DNA of 64,000 nt from a bacterium (GTDB lineage Bacteria > DRYD01). The notes below the pieces were generated by a model that saw only the letters and a program-made list of their open reading frames with translations, had not been told where the DNA came from and did not search any database. Both the position numbers and the translations under genes were made by a program. Positions within the stretch are counted from its first letter, which is position 1; the number at the start of each line of letters is the position of its first letter. Positions 28,017-37,576 of the stretch are shown here, one piece after another. The DNA is taken from NCBI GenBank assembly GCA_039630415.1, contig JBCNVB010000018.1:64001-128000 (forward strand), given 5' to 3'.

Positions 28017-28783
28017 CAGAGTATTACGTAATATGCACTATAACATTTATCTTCTTACTAATGGGTATTTACTCTTTTCTATATGTTCTTTTACCTTCAG
28101 CGAGTCAACCTGATAGATCAAGTCCACTACTTAGAAGATTTGTGGAATCACTATTTTTTAAATTAAAACCACTATTTTTTAAATATAAATTAATCTTTCA
28201 GTTTGTATACTTTGTCTTATCATTATTCTGGACGTTCATAGGATGTTTTATGTTATTCGAATTGGCCAAACATCAAGTAGAAGCAAGGTATTCCCATTCT
28301 TTATGGAAAAGATTTTTCAAAAATATACGTGTAGTAGGCGATATAGAAATACAAAGATACGAACCTTTTGGTGTTAATGTATTCAAAGATATCCTTAAAA
28401 ATCAGAAACTCTCTGAGAAAAAGTTAGTAATATATGAAAAGAATGCACTAATAATGTACTATCATAAACAAACAAAAAAATATATTATAGCTTTAGCAGA
28501 GATGATTTTGATTGAATACGAAAGAAAAAAAACACGTATTATTACCGACCAGAAACTTCTGTTTAATGGGCTTATTATATCCATTCCAAATGAGATTTTA
28601 AATTATAAGATGCTAGATAACTACTCAGTATTTCTTGAGATTAGAAGTTTAGACTATACTACGATCATGATAAACTATCCTCAAAGCCCTTTCAAATTTG
28701 AATTACAAGAAAAAGTTGATAATCAAAAAATTCAAGATAGATTAGAAAAAATATTGCAAATAGTCAGAAGCTTTTTGCTATAA
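27989..28783 (+). CDS. Array family B protein, copy B5 (subfamily II)
   Basis: Close paralog of B4. Confidence 0.9.
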   Translation: MDTEKIWFLAEYYVICTITFIFLLMGIYSFLYVLLPSASQPDRSSPLLRRFVESLFFKLKPLFFKYKLIFQFVYFVLSLFWTFIGCFMLFELAKHQVEARYSHSLWKRFFKNIRVVGDIEIQRYEPFGVNVFKDILKNQKLSEKKLVIYEKNALIMYYHKQTKKYIIALAEMILIEYERKKTRIITDQKLLFNGLIISIPNEILNYKMLDNYSVFLEIRSLDYTTIMINYPQSPFKFELQEKVDNQKIQDRLEKILQIVRSFLL

Positions 28784-28784
28784 A

Positions 28785-29876
28785 ATGAGATACAAAAAGC
28801 TTAGTATATTATCTAAAAGGAAAAACAAAGTTGGTCAACTACCTCAGAGTTATATCGAATCAATACAAAAAGATCAGCTAAAAGGTAAGATTGAGATTTT
28901 CAAGTTCAATTCAGAAAATCTGTACATGGATACCATTTTGGATCCTCAAGATATCTCCAAACTAGAATCAATAATGCAAAAGATAGATAAAAAATACAAC
29001 TACATAATAAATATAGATACCTTCCCAAATAACATTATTCCAAAGATAATAAAGAACTATATAGACATAGATGATTTTATAATAGAGGATTTGCTGAACA
29101 CTGATCAAAGGATAAAGTTTGAGTCAAGAAAAGGACTAGTATTTATTGTTATTAAAACTCCTGTAGAATATGATCTGGAAAAAATAAAACAAGATCAAGT
29201 AATCAAAATATACGAACAAATGTCTATAATAGCAACGGATAACATCATATTTGTGTTTCAGGAAGGTATCGAAGGAGATAACTTAGATCCCTTTAGAAAA
29301 AACATAAATAATCTAAAGCAAAACTCAATAGAATTTTTTGTGTACTATCTTATAGACTTATGTATAGATAGGTATCTTGCTTTCATGGAAGATATAGAAG
29401 ATAAACTTAGACAGGTCGAGAAAAAAATTTTTAGTCAAGAAAAATTTGACATAGAAGAAATCTACTTTTTAAGGAGTAATATTGGTATAATGAAAAGAGA
29501 TTTCATAAATATTTTAGAGCTTGTAAAAACGCTCAAAGTATCCTACTTTTCAGAAAACATGAAATACTACACTCAAGATCTTCTTGATCATGCTTACAAA
29601 ATGTTAGATATGTTGAATAATGTAGATGATTTTACTTCTTATTTGATGGAATCATATATTTCGATGATTAATTCAAAATTTAATGAAAGTGTAAGAATAC
29701 TAACAGTAATTAACACAATTTTTGTTCCAGCGATATTTATTGCAAGCATATATGGTATGAACTTTGAAAATATGCCTGAATTGAAATGGAAGTATGGATA
29801 CTTCTTTACTTTATTTATCATCTTTTCAGCAATTCTGTTTTCTTTGGCATATTTCAAGTACAAAAAGTACATATGA
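28785..29876 (+). CDS. corA: Magnesium/cobalt transporter CorA
   Basis: EDLLNTDQR.K, YGMNF..MPELKW, two C-terminal TM helices. Confidence 0.95.
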   Translation: MRYKKLSILSKRKNKVGQLPQSYIESIQKDQLKGKIEIFKFNSENLYMDTILDPQDISKLESIMQKIDKKYNYIINIDTFPNNIIPKIIKNYIDIDDFIIEDLLNTDQRIKFESRKGLVFIVIKTPVEYDLEKIKQDQVIKIYEQMSIIATDNIIFVFQEGIEGDNLDPFRKNINNLKQNSIEFFVYYLIDLCIDRYLAFMEDIEDKLRQVEKKIFSQEKFDIEEIYFLRSNIGIMKRDFINILELVKTLKVSYFSENMKYYTQDLLDHAYKMLDMLNNVDDFTSYLMESYISMINSKFNESVRILTVINTIFVPAIFIASIYGMNFENMPELKWKYGYFFTLFIIFSAILFSLAYFKYKKYI

Positions 29877-31489
29877 GTCATAGATATATAAGCATTTTGT
29901 TTTGGCTGAGCATTTTTGTATATTTACTTCTTGGAATGAATAGCTTTATTTTTACTTATCCTGACGAAGGGAGAAATGCCTTTGCTACCCTATACATGAT
30001 AAAATCAGGAGAATATATAGTCCCTTACTATAACGGGGAAATAAGATATGATAAGCCTCCACTTCTGTACTACCTAGCTGCAATATCCTACAAGTTTCTA
30101 TCCTTTTTTGGTGTAGAAAAGGTAGAGTTTAGTTTTAGATTAGTATCTGCTCTTGCAACTTTCTTTTCTTCAATAATTGTATATGAATTGAGCAAATATT
30201 TTATAAGTGGTTTATTTTATAGATATTTCAGTGTGGTAGTATACGTTAGCCTTTCAAATGTATTTGTTGAGTCAAAAGCGTTTGTTCCTGAACCACTTCT
30301 TTCCTTGTTTATAAACCTCTGTTTACTAAGCTTTTATAAAATATACCATGAAAATAACCTCAGGTGGAATATTGTTTTCTGGATAAGTTTAGGCTTGGGA
30401 ATGCTAGCAAAAGGTATAATAGCGGTAATTATTGTCTTTCTAGTAATATTTTGTTACCTCTTAATAAAAAAAGATTTAGGTTCAATAAAATTGATATTTA
30501 GGAATCTGTACAGCGTATTTTTAGGTTTACTTGTTGGAGTTAGTTGGTTTGTAATGGTTGGTATAAAAACACAGGGAGATTTTATTTATAAGTTTATAAT
30601 GATTCATAATTTGGGAAGATTCACAGGGACTTCTAAAATGCATCTTAATCCTCTTTATTTCTACATTATCGTAATATTTGTTAATATCGTACCTCTATTT
30701 GAAATATTTGCTGTTTCCTTGTATTCCTTTATAAGAAGCCTTTTAGATAAGCAAAGAACTTATAGTTTTCCACCAAATTTTAGTTTTCTTTTTGTATACT
30801 TTTTATCAATCTTTATTTTTTACAGTTTATCACAAGGTAAAGTTCATCATTACATAATGCCGTGTTATATTCCTTTTTCTATCTTACTTGCATACTTTAC
30901 AGAGAAGTATATATCTTTATACTTTAATAGGTTAGTTTTACTACTATCATTCATTCTTCCTTTATTAATCCTTTTCCAGAGGGTTTCGCAAGACTTTATA
31001 CTAATCAAGAATGCTTTGCTAGTTTTGCTAACAGCATTTAATTTAGTGTATTTCATTATACCCAAGAGATTTCTAGTAATCGCAGTAATAGTCAAGATAT
31101 TTTTATTTTATATGTTTATAGTTTCACAGGTAGATAAATCTTTTCCCAACCAAAACAAACTTCTAGAACTAATCAAGGATAACTATATTTTGAAAGTTGG
31201 AGATATATCTACTCTATCTTTCTACAATCTTTATATAAATAATTGCCATAAAACACCTGATCTATTTTATGCTATTCAATTACAGAGAATTGATGAAACA
31301 ATTTATTTGGATATAGTAAGAAACTTAGAAAATAACAGAAAAGTAATAATATTCACTAAACCAAGATATTTACAAAAAATGATGAGAATACTTGATAAAC
31401 TTAGAATAAGTAATTTAGATACTCAGATAAATAAAGTAACTGTTGCTCAATCAGTAATTTTTGCTATAACCCTAGATTTGGATAAATGA
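29873..31489 (+). CDS. ArnT/GT83-like (GT-C fold) membrane glycosyltransferase
   Basis: PDEGRNA, DKPPLLY, LAKG, KVHHYIMP. Start reassigned to ATG 29873 (ATGA overlap with the corA stop); the ORF track starts at 29786. Confidence 0.87.
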   Translation: MSHRYISILFWLSIFVYLLLGMNSFIFTYPDEGRNAFATLYMIKSGEYIVPYYNGEIRYDKPPLLYYLAAISYKFLSFFGVEKVEFSFRLVSALATFFSSIIVYELSKYFISGLFYRYFSVVVYVSLSNVFVESKAFVPEPLLSLFINLCLLSFYKIYHENNLRWNIVFWISLGLGMLAKGIIAVIIVFLVIFCYLLIKKDLGSIKLIFRNLYSVFLGLLVGVSWFVMVGIKTQGDFIYKFIMIHNLGRFTGTSKMHLNPLYFYIIVIFVNIVPLFEIFAVSLYSFIRSLLDKQRTYSFPPNFSFLFVYFLSIFIFYSLSQGKVHHYIMPCYIPFSILLAYFTEKYISLYFNRLVLLLSFILPLLILFQRVSQDFILIKNALLVLLTAFNLVYFIIPKRFLVIAVIVKIFLFYMFIVSQVDKSFPNQNKLLELIKDNYILKVGDISTLSFYNLYINNCHKTPDLFYAIQLQRIDETIYLDIVRNLENNRKVIIFTKPRYLQKMMRILDKLRISNLDTQINKVTVAQSVIFAITLDLDK

Positions 31490-32274
31490 ATATATTGATT
31501 ATTTTATTTAGTGCAGGAATAGGCAAAAGGCTTAGGTTAGAGATCCCCAAACCACTTTGTCCTATTATGAAGACAAATCCACTAGATTATAACTTATCAC
31601 AGTTAATTAGGTTTATGAATTCCATACCTTGTTACAACACTATGATATATATTAATCTGCATAAACAACCAAACATTGTATATGACCACCTATTTAAAAA
31701 ATATCAAAAATTTATAGAAGAGCAAAAAATAATTTTTATATATGAATCACAGCCTTTGGGACATATAGGAACGATTAATCTTCTGAAATATAACATAATC
31801 TCCTCAAATAAACTCGTTTTAATTAATTCTGATACTCTGATACCCAACTTGGAAACCATCCTTGAAAAATTAATTCAAAAGGAACATAACTTTATGTTAC
31901 TATATCAAATATTGCAAACACATAATTCAAAAACACTAACTCATTTTGAAGTAATGCCTTATCTTAACTATTATAAAATAATCAAATATCATAAGGTAAC
32001 ACCAAATTCAACGAGAATCAATTTGTATACAGGTACAATGATAGTTAATATCAGTTACAACATTTCAAAATATCTATCCAAAGATCTTAGTAGCCTTAGT
32101 TTTCTTGATTTTGTTTCTTACCTAATAGAAAATGATTTACTAGCTTTTTTTGTACCCAGGTTTTATGAAATTACATCTACGAGAGACTTGTTAGAAATTA
32201 ATGTTTCATTTATTAAAGATCACTTATTTTTTGATATACTTTTTCCAACATTAAAGCCCTTGAACCTTTTATAA
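31486..32274 (+). CDS. Nucleotidyltransferase (NTP_transferase family), divergent
   Basis: SAGIGKRL...PKPL, YESQPLG..G, LINSD. Confidence 0.78.
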   Translation: MNILIILFSAGIGKRLRLEIPKPLCPIMKTNPLDYNLSQLIRFMNSIPCYNTMIYINLHKQPNIVYDHLFKKYQKFIEEQKIIFIYESQPLGHIGTINLLKYNIISSNKLVLINSDTLIPNLETILEKLIQKEHNFMLLYQILQTHNSKTLTHFEVMPYLNYYKIIKYHKVTPNSTRINLYTGTMIVNISYNISKYLSKDLSSLSFLDFVSYLIENDLLAFFVPRFYEITSTRDLLEINVSFIKDHLFFDILFPTLKPLNLL

Positions 32275-33652
32275 AAATCAAATTCTTACCACTATTTTTC
32301 TTTATCTCTGGAAAATTCTTTAAAAGATCATCAACCGTTAAATAATACTTTGCATCATCAAAAAACTTATCTTTTAAATTATAAAAATTGCTTCCTATGT
32401 AATAAACCTTTACTTTTGATGGATATTTTGATATCCTTCTTACTATTTTAGCATGGTAAAACCTCGACATATTGCCCAACTCAAGCATATCTCCAACAAA
32501 TAACCAAACCTTATCAAAGTATTTAAACACTTTTTCAACTACTTTCAAATTCTCACTCAATGATAGATAGTTACTATTATAATAATCAGAGATTATATAG
32601 ATACTTGAAGATAGTTTATGAAAATAAAACCTATCTGTTTCTATAGATGAGTTAAGAATTTCGGAAGAATTCACCAAAATCGATTTAATATATGCATCAA
32701 TAGCATTTTTATCCACCAACAGAAAATCAGATATAATCCTTTGAGTAAGTTTTAAGCTAAATAGGAAATTGACTAAGGTAGAAAGAGAAATTATACCTTC
32801 AAATTTCAGGTTATATTTTTTACGATCGATTATTATGTCCAAGGTTGTATGTTTTATGGTAGGAGAGTAATTCTTAATAAAACTATTCTTATTAGGTATA
32901 AAGTCAAAGTTTGAATAGTTAGTGTATAGACCTTTAATTTTGGAAGGTATGATGAAATAGCCGTGCTTCTTGAGCAAATAGTTAGTCAATTCAGATTCAG
33001 CCCTGATAACACCTTTTAGATTATAAACAAACTCTAAATGTTCAGGCCCAATAGAAGTTATTATTCCGTAGTCAGGATCAGTATAGGAGCATAAATATTC
33101 AATTTGATTAAACCCCCTCATACCCATCTCAAGCACTAATATTTGATGTTGAGAATTAAGACTAAATACAGTAAGCGGGACACCGATTTCATTGTTGAAA
33201 CTTTTTTTAGAAGATAGTACTTTAAATCCCACAAATTCAAGCATATTTTTAAGTATGTTTTTAGTTGTTGTTTTTCCCGCAGATCCGGCAACAGCCACTA
33301 CTTTTAACCCTTTTACCTTATGGTAGTTTACAACTAACCTGGATAGTTCAGCCAAAAAAACAACAGTACTCGGCACTAGGATAAAAACACATTTTTCTTT
33401 CATATGTTCAGGAACTTTGGATATATTTTCAATTACAAAAATTTTTACACCTTTATTATATGCTTGATCCATAAAATCATGCCCATCATAATTCTTTCCA
33501 CATAAAGCAACAAAAATACCTCTTTCACTAAAATTTATTTGTCTAGTATCAGTTAAAACATTTTCTATTACATAATTTCCCTGATTATGAATATTGACAA
33601 CATCTATAACAGATGTATTTTGTATTATTTGATTAAGTGTGAGTTTTATCAT
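32213..33652 (-). CDS. murF: UDP-N-acetylmuramoyl-tripeptide--D-Ala-D-Ala ligase
   Basis: GSAGKTTTK, SFNNEIGVP, LEMGM, GDMLELG, IKGSR. Likely start ATG 33652 (ORF track 33679). Confidence 0.93.
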   Translation of the reverse strand: MIKLTLNQIIQNTSVIDVVNIHNQGNYVIENVLTDTRQINFSERGIFVALCGKNYDGHDFMDQAYNKGVKIFVIENISKVPEHMKEKCVFILVPSTVVFLAELSRLVVNYHKVKGLKVVAVAGSAGKTTTKNILKNMLEFVGFKVLSSKKSFNNEIGVPLTVFSLNSQHQILVLEMGMRGFNQIEYLCSYTDPDYGIITSIGPEHLEFVYNLKGVIRAESELTNYLLKKHGYFIIPSKIKGLYTNYSNFDFIPNKNSFIKNYSPTIKHTTLDIIIDRKKYNLKFEGIISLSTLVNFLFSLKLTQRIISDFLLVDKNAIDAYIKSILVNSSEILNSSIETDRFYFHKLSSSIYIISDYYNSNYLSLSENLKVVEKVFKYFDKVWLFVGDMLELGNMSRFYHAKIVRRISKYPSKVKVYYIGSNFYNLKDKFFDDAKYYLTVDDLLKNFPEIKKNSGKNLIFIKGSRALMLEKVYQKISDL

Positions 33653-34853
33653 TTTTTTGTAAGGATTTTTCGTAAGCAATTACAAAAGGCAGATAAATAA
33701 GAGCAGATATAATAATGTTAAATAAATTAAGAATAATTGCTCTATAGTCCGTAGTAGCTAAGAAAGCACCTATAGGAGAGGGTAACATCCATGGTGCTTC
33801 CACATACACTTTTCCGACCAAATTAAGTGAAAACGCTACAAAACTAATTGTACCTAAAATTAGTGGAACAATCATGAAAGGTACCAAAAAATAAGGGTTG
33901 AGAATAATTGGAATACCAAAAAGCAAAGGTTCATTTATGTTAAAAAGAGAAGGAACAATAGCTCCTCTAGCAATAGTTCTTAAATAGGATGATCTAGAAA
34001 ACAATAAAAGAATATTCAATCCTAAAGTAGATCCAGCTCCACCAATCCATATAAACCACTGAAAAAATGGATAAGCCGTTATATAAGTTGCTTCCTTTCC
34101 ACTAATAATCATCTCTGCATTAATAACCAAGTACTTTTGCCACAAAGATAGAAAAATACTATTCACCAAAGATATACCATGTATACCCAGAAAATTCGTT
34201 AGATGCAAAAATATGTTCGTAATCCATACAACCAGAATATTATCACCAAAATTCTCAAAAGGCAATAGTACCATCTTCAAAAACTCATTCAACTTCATGA
34301 AATTTGAAATAAAAGCTACAACTAAAAGAGTTATAAGAAATGGTATAATCGAGTTCAAGCTATTAAGTACATACCTTGGAATAGAAGAATCATTCAAAAC
34401 TCTAATCTGCAGTCTATTAAAAATATAGCAGGAAATAAATGAAATAATTATACAAGAAAACATATTTTTTACACCCAAAAGTGATATAAATTGAAATACA
34501 CTCAGTTTATTCCAGTCTTCGTAGATTGCACAGCATACAATAAAACACACTGAAGAAACTAGGGCATATATTACACCATCCTTACCATAAAATACAGCAA
34601 AATTGTAGCCAATACAAAAAGCGAGATATATCGAAACAATACCCATGCTTACTAAATATAACTTTCTGAAAAATTCTACGTAAGATGCCTGTATACCATA
34701 TTGCTTACAAAATACAAAAAATAACAAGAAAAAACTACCAACAACTATAATTGGTACCACATTTATCATAGAATTACGAAGTATAACTATGAAAGGAACA
34801 GAAGTTAGAGACTCTATTTTTGAGAGTATATCAATTATTTTTTGATATTTCAT
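33633..34853 (-). CDS. PTS lactose/cellobiose-family EIIC component
   Basis: FLGIHG, IGGAGSTLGL, FNINEPLLFGIPIILNP, PW.LP.PIG. Confidence 0.9.
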   Translation of the reverse strand: MKYQKIIDILSKIESLTSVPFIVILRNSMINVVPIIVVGSFFLLFFVFCKQYGIQASYVEFFRKLYLVSMGIVSIYLAFCIGYNFAVFYGKDGVIYALVSSVCFIVCCAIYEDWNKLSVFQFISLLGVKNMFSCIIISFISCYIFNRLQIRVLNDSSIPRYVLNSLNSIIPFLITLLVVAFISNFMKLNEFLKMVLLPFENFGDNILVVWITNIFLHLTNFLGIHGISLVNSIFLSLWQKYLVINAEMIISGKEATYITAYPFFQWFIWIGGAGSTLGLNILLLFSRSSYLRTIARGAIVPSLFNINEPLLFGIPIILNPYFLVPFMIVPLILGTISFVAFSLNLVGKVYVEAPWMLPSPIGAFLATTDYRAIILNLFNIIISALIYLPFVIAYEKSLQKNDKTHT

Positions 34854-35757
34854 TCACGAAGCTTTTCCAAAATACGTAATTAACTTTATAATCTTCACTA
34901 TACTCCATTAAGAATTGCTTTATTTTGTTAGGTAGCATTTCGTAAACTATTCTGCTATAGAAATTTATTCCCAATTTTTGTAAGATTTCCTGGTTTAGAT
35001 ACTTATAATAGAATTTTTTGAGATTTTGTACAGATTCTATTTTGTTCTGTATTCTCTTATCAGTAGGTAAGGGATGCAGATGAATAGTAATAGCCCTGGG
35101 GTTAAAGATTATAGGTATACCCAGTTTATTAAACCTATATCCCAGTTCTAGATCTTCATATCCATAGCTAACAAAATTAGCATCAAACATTCCTGCCTTT
35201 ATGAAGGTTTCCCTTTTACAAGATAAATTACCAGTTAAAAATTTGTACCACTCTATTTTACGAGATAACAAATTTTTTCTACTTTTATTACTAAATCTTT
35301 GCTTGAACATCTGGTTTATATAGCTAATTTGTTGATTTTCATGCTTTGTTTGTTGAACTTTTTGTAAGATTTGAAGTACCTTTTCGTATTCCTGAGTAGT
35401 TTTAGTTCTTAACTCTAGTCCTACACAAGCAGCTTTTGATTTATTTAAAATCGAAAGATGATGATATATAAGATCTCTATGAGGCAACATATCAGCATCC
35501 AAAAACAAAACATATTCTGATTTGGAAATTCTTAAACCTAAATTTCTTGCATGAGATTTAGTAGAATATTGGCAACTTATAATTTTTAGACCATAGCTTA
35601 AATCAATATCTATGGTCTGATTGGTAATATTTTGGTTAGAAGTGTCAACAACAAAAACCTCAAAATCCTTAAAAGTTTGGAAATTAAGTAAAAAAAGAAC
35701 TTTTTTTAGAATATCAGTAATACCGTTAGTTGGAATTATAACTGTTAACACTTTCAC
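34831..35757 (-). CDS. Glycosyltransferase family 2
   Basis: VIIPT, ARNLG, FLDAD, GYEDLELGYR. Confidence 0.9.
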   Translation of the reverse strand: MKVLTVIIPTNGITDILKKVLFLLNFQTFKDFEVFVVDTSNQNITNQTIDIDLSYGLKIISCQYSTKSHARNLGLRISKSEYVLFLDADMLPHRDLIYHHLSILNKSKAACVGLELRTKTTQEYEKVLQILQKVQQTKHENQQISYINQMFKQRFSNKSRKNLLSRKIEWYKFLTGNLSCKRETFIKAGMFDANFVSYGYEDLELGYRFNKLGIPIIFNPRAITIHLHPLPTDKRIQNKIESVQNLKKFYYKYLNQEILQKLGINFYSRIVYEMLPNKIKQFLMEYSEDYKVNYVFWKSFVNEISKNN

Positions 35758-35759
35758 TC

Positions 35760-36902
35760 TTATTTTAAATCAGTAGTAGCTGATGAACTCTTAACAAACT
35801 TAGCCCATTCTTGTTGTATTTTTTGAATTATTTCGTTTTTATCTTTGGAAGAGGTAAATTGATAAGTATTGTTTAAAGAAATTAAAACGTCTCCAAACTT
35901 TACAATATTATTAAGAAATTCAATATACTTTTGCCTTCCATACTTACAAATTAGGAAAGAAGTGAAAGATAACGAATTTTGATAAAAATTTTTTATATTT
36001 TCTTTTGCGCTGAAAGAGGGATAGAGAAGGTTTATTAGCTCGTCCTGGTTTACACTTTTCCCTTCTGGGTGTATAACAATTTGATCACTTCCTACTATTA
36101 TTCGGTACTCGTTATATTGTGCAAATCCTTCTTGAATAAATTTAGTTGTTTCATCCTGTATATTTCCCTTCCAAAGAATCGTAAGCACCAAGTGGGATAT
36201 TTCGTGAGGTAATACCCTCTGCACTAAGAAATGATCCCTTTCATGAGCATATATAGCACAAGTAGAAGCATTATAATCGAATATGAACGCACCAGATGAC
36301 CAATCAGGAATCAAGTTATATGCTTTGTAAATTTCATCGTCAGGGGCTAAATATATAGGAATTTTACCTATTCTAGAAAATTCCGAAATAGATAAATTCA
36401 CAAATGAAGCAATCGAATCTACATAAAAATCTAACACATTCCTTAGAATTTGTATAAGCTGATTGTTGGTATAGTAAACCTTAAAGTATTTGGTTTCAAC
36501 TACTTTGTAATCAGAAGCTAAATTTTGATTTAGATATCCCTTATTGATATCTTTCTTCGGGATATCTGGAATTTTATGTCTATAAATCGTATTTAGGTCT
36601 ATTATGCCTGTTTCAAAATTCTTCGTGAGAATTAACTGATCTTTGTAATCATTACATATTTGATCAAGCAAATATTTTCTTTTTTGTGGATTATAGTACT
36701 TTTCAGGTTGGTATATTTTTACTTTTTTGTTTATGATTTCCAACACTTTTTTATCAATCCAAACTGCTTGATTCTCAACTATAAAAAGGGATTTATCTAT
36801 GGGAATATTAAAAATATATAGCATTAAATGTTTGGATGATATTACTATGGGGAATACGAGTAAAAATATCAATAATGCCCTTATCATAAACCTTTTGTAC
36901 AC
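35760..36902 (-). CDS. Exported zinc metallopeptidase (peptidase MA/gluzincin-like)
   Basis: N-terminal signal/TM segment; HEISH plus downstream EGFAQY. Confidence 0.8.
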   Translation of the reverse strand: MYKRFMIRALLIFLLVFPIVISSKHLMLYIFNIPIDKSLFIVENQAVWIDKKVLEIINKKVKIYQPEKYYNPQKRKYLLDQICNDYKDQLILTKNFETGIIDLNTIYRHKIPDIPKKDINKGYLNQNLASDYKVVETKYFKVYYTNNQLIQILRNVLDFYVDSIASFVNLSISEFSRIGKIPIYLAPDDEIYKAYNLIPDWSSGAFIFDYNASTCAIYAHERDHFLVQRVLPHEISHLVLTILWKGNIQDETTKFIQEGFAQYNEYRIIVGSDQIVIHPEGKSVNQDELINLLYPSFSAKENIKNFYQNSLSFTSFLICKYGRQKYIEFLNNIVKFGDVLISLNNTYQFTSSKDKNEIIQKIQQEWAKFVKSSSATTDLK

Positions 36903-36919
36903 CTAGTATTTTTGTACAC

Positions 36920-37450
36920 CTAGTATTTTAGGATAGAAAAGAAAGTATAGTCTTTAATTTTTTCTCTTCCATTTAGGAAAGATAGTTCAATTATGAAAGC
37001 AAAACCTGTAACAACACCCCCTAGATTTTCAACAAGTTTCTTGGTAGCTTCAGCAGTTCCACCAGTAGCTATAAGATCATCAACTATTAATACTTTTTCA
37101 CCTGGTTTGATTAGGTCTGTATGTATTTCTAGAACCTCTTCTCCATATTCTAGTTGGTAGGCAGCAGATAATTTTTCGGAAGGTAGTTTTCCCTGCTTCC
37201 TTACAGGTACTATTCCCGCTGAAAGCTTGTAAGCTATTGCTGAACCTATTATATATCCCCTAGCTTCTATTGGAACTACTATATCTATTTGCCTATCTTT
37301 GTAAAAGTCTGATATGGTATCTACTACATATTGAAAAGCTTTCTTATCTCTTAGTAAGGGTGTAATATCTTTGAAGTTGATTCCCGGCTTTGGGAAATTG
37401 GGTATCTCTCTTACCAAACTTCTGATGTAATCTAAAGTAGTTTGACTCAT
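36920..37450 (-). CDS. apt: Adenine phosphoribosyltransferase
   Basis: FPKPGINFKDITPLL, EARG, LEYG, VDDLIATGGT. Confidence 0.97.
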   Translation of the reverse strand: MSQTTLDYIRSLVREIPNFPKPGINFKDITPLLRDKKAFQYVVDTISDFYKDRQIDIVVPIEARGYIIGSAIAYKLSAGIVPVRKQGKLPSEKLSAAYQLEYGEEVLEIHTDLIKPGEKVLIVDDLIATGGTAEATKKLVENLGGVVTGFAFIIELSFLNGREKIKDYTFFSILKY

Positions 37451-37558
37451 TTGTTTACCTCCCTTTGTTAGCCTTTATTCCTACATAATAATTATTCAAC
37501 ATTGTACAAAAAAAATCCCTTTAGTTAGTTTGCATAGGGAGGATAAGGTTTTTAGTTG

Positions 37559-37564
37559 TAGAAT
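37559..37564 (+). promoter_or_regulatory. Putative sigma70 -10 hexamer TAGAAT for the CAU tRNA/upp
   Basis: Ends 12 nt upstream of the tRNA 5' end, as for tRNA-Val. Confidence 0.5.
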
Positions 37565-37576
37565 AGTAAGTAGTAG

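Noticed and set aside
21233-28783. Array as a diversity-generating retroelement, shufflon or integron cassette array
   Set aside because: No reverse transcriptase, invertase or integron integrase is adjacent. All units share one orientation, spacers are too short for attC sites, and paralog differences are not adenine-specific by eye.
19429-28783. tRNA-Val as the integration site of an island carrying the array
   Set aside because: The tRNA 3' end points away from the array, toward accA. I saw no duplicated tRNA 3' fragment or integrase.
37451-37576. Purine riboswitch or terminator upstream of apt (TCCCT/AGGGA stem plus T8 on the - strand)
   Set aside because: The stem is only 5 bp with a 15-nt loop and has no purine-aptamer consensus. 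A TACAAT -10 candidate lies downstream of the T-run, so this is probably promoter DNA.
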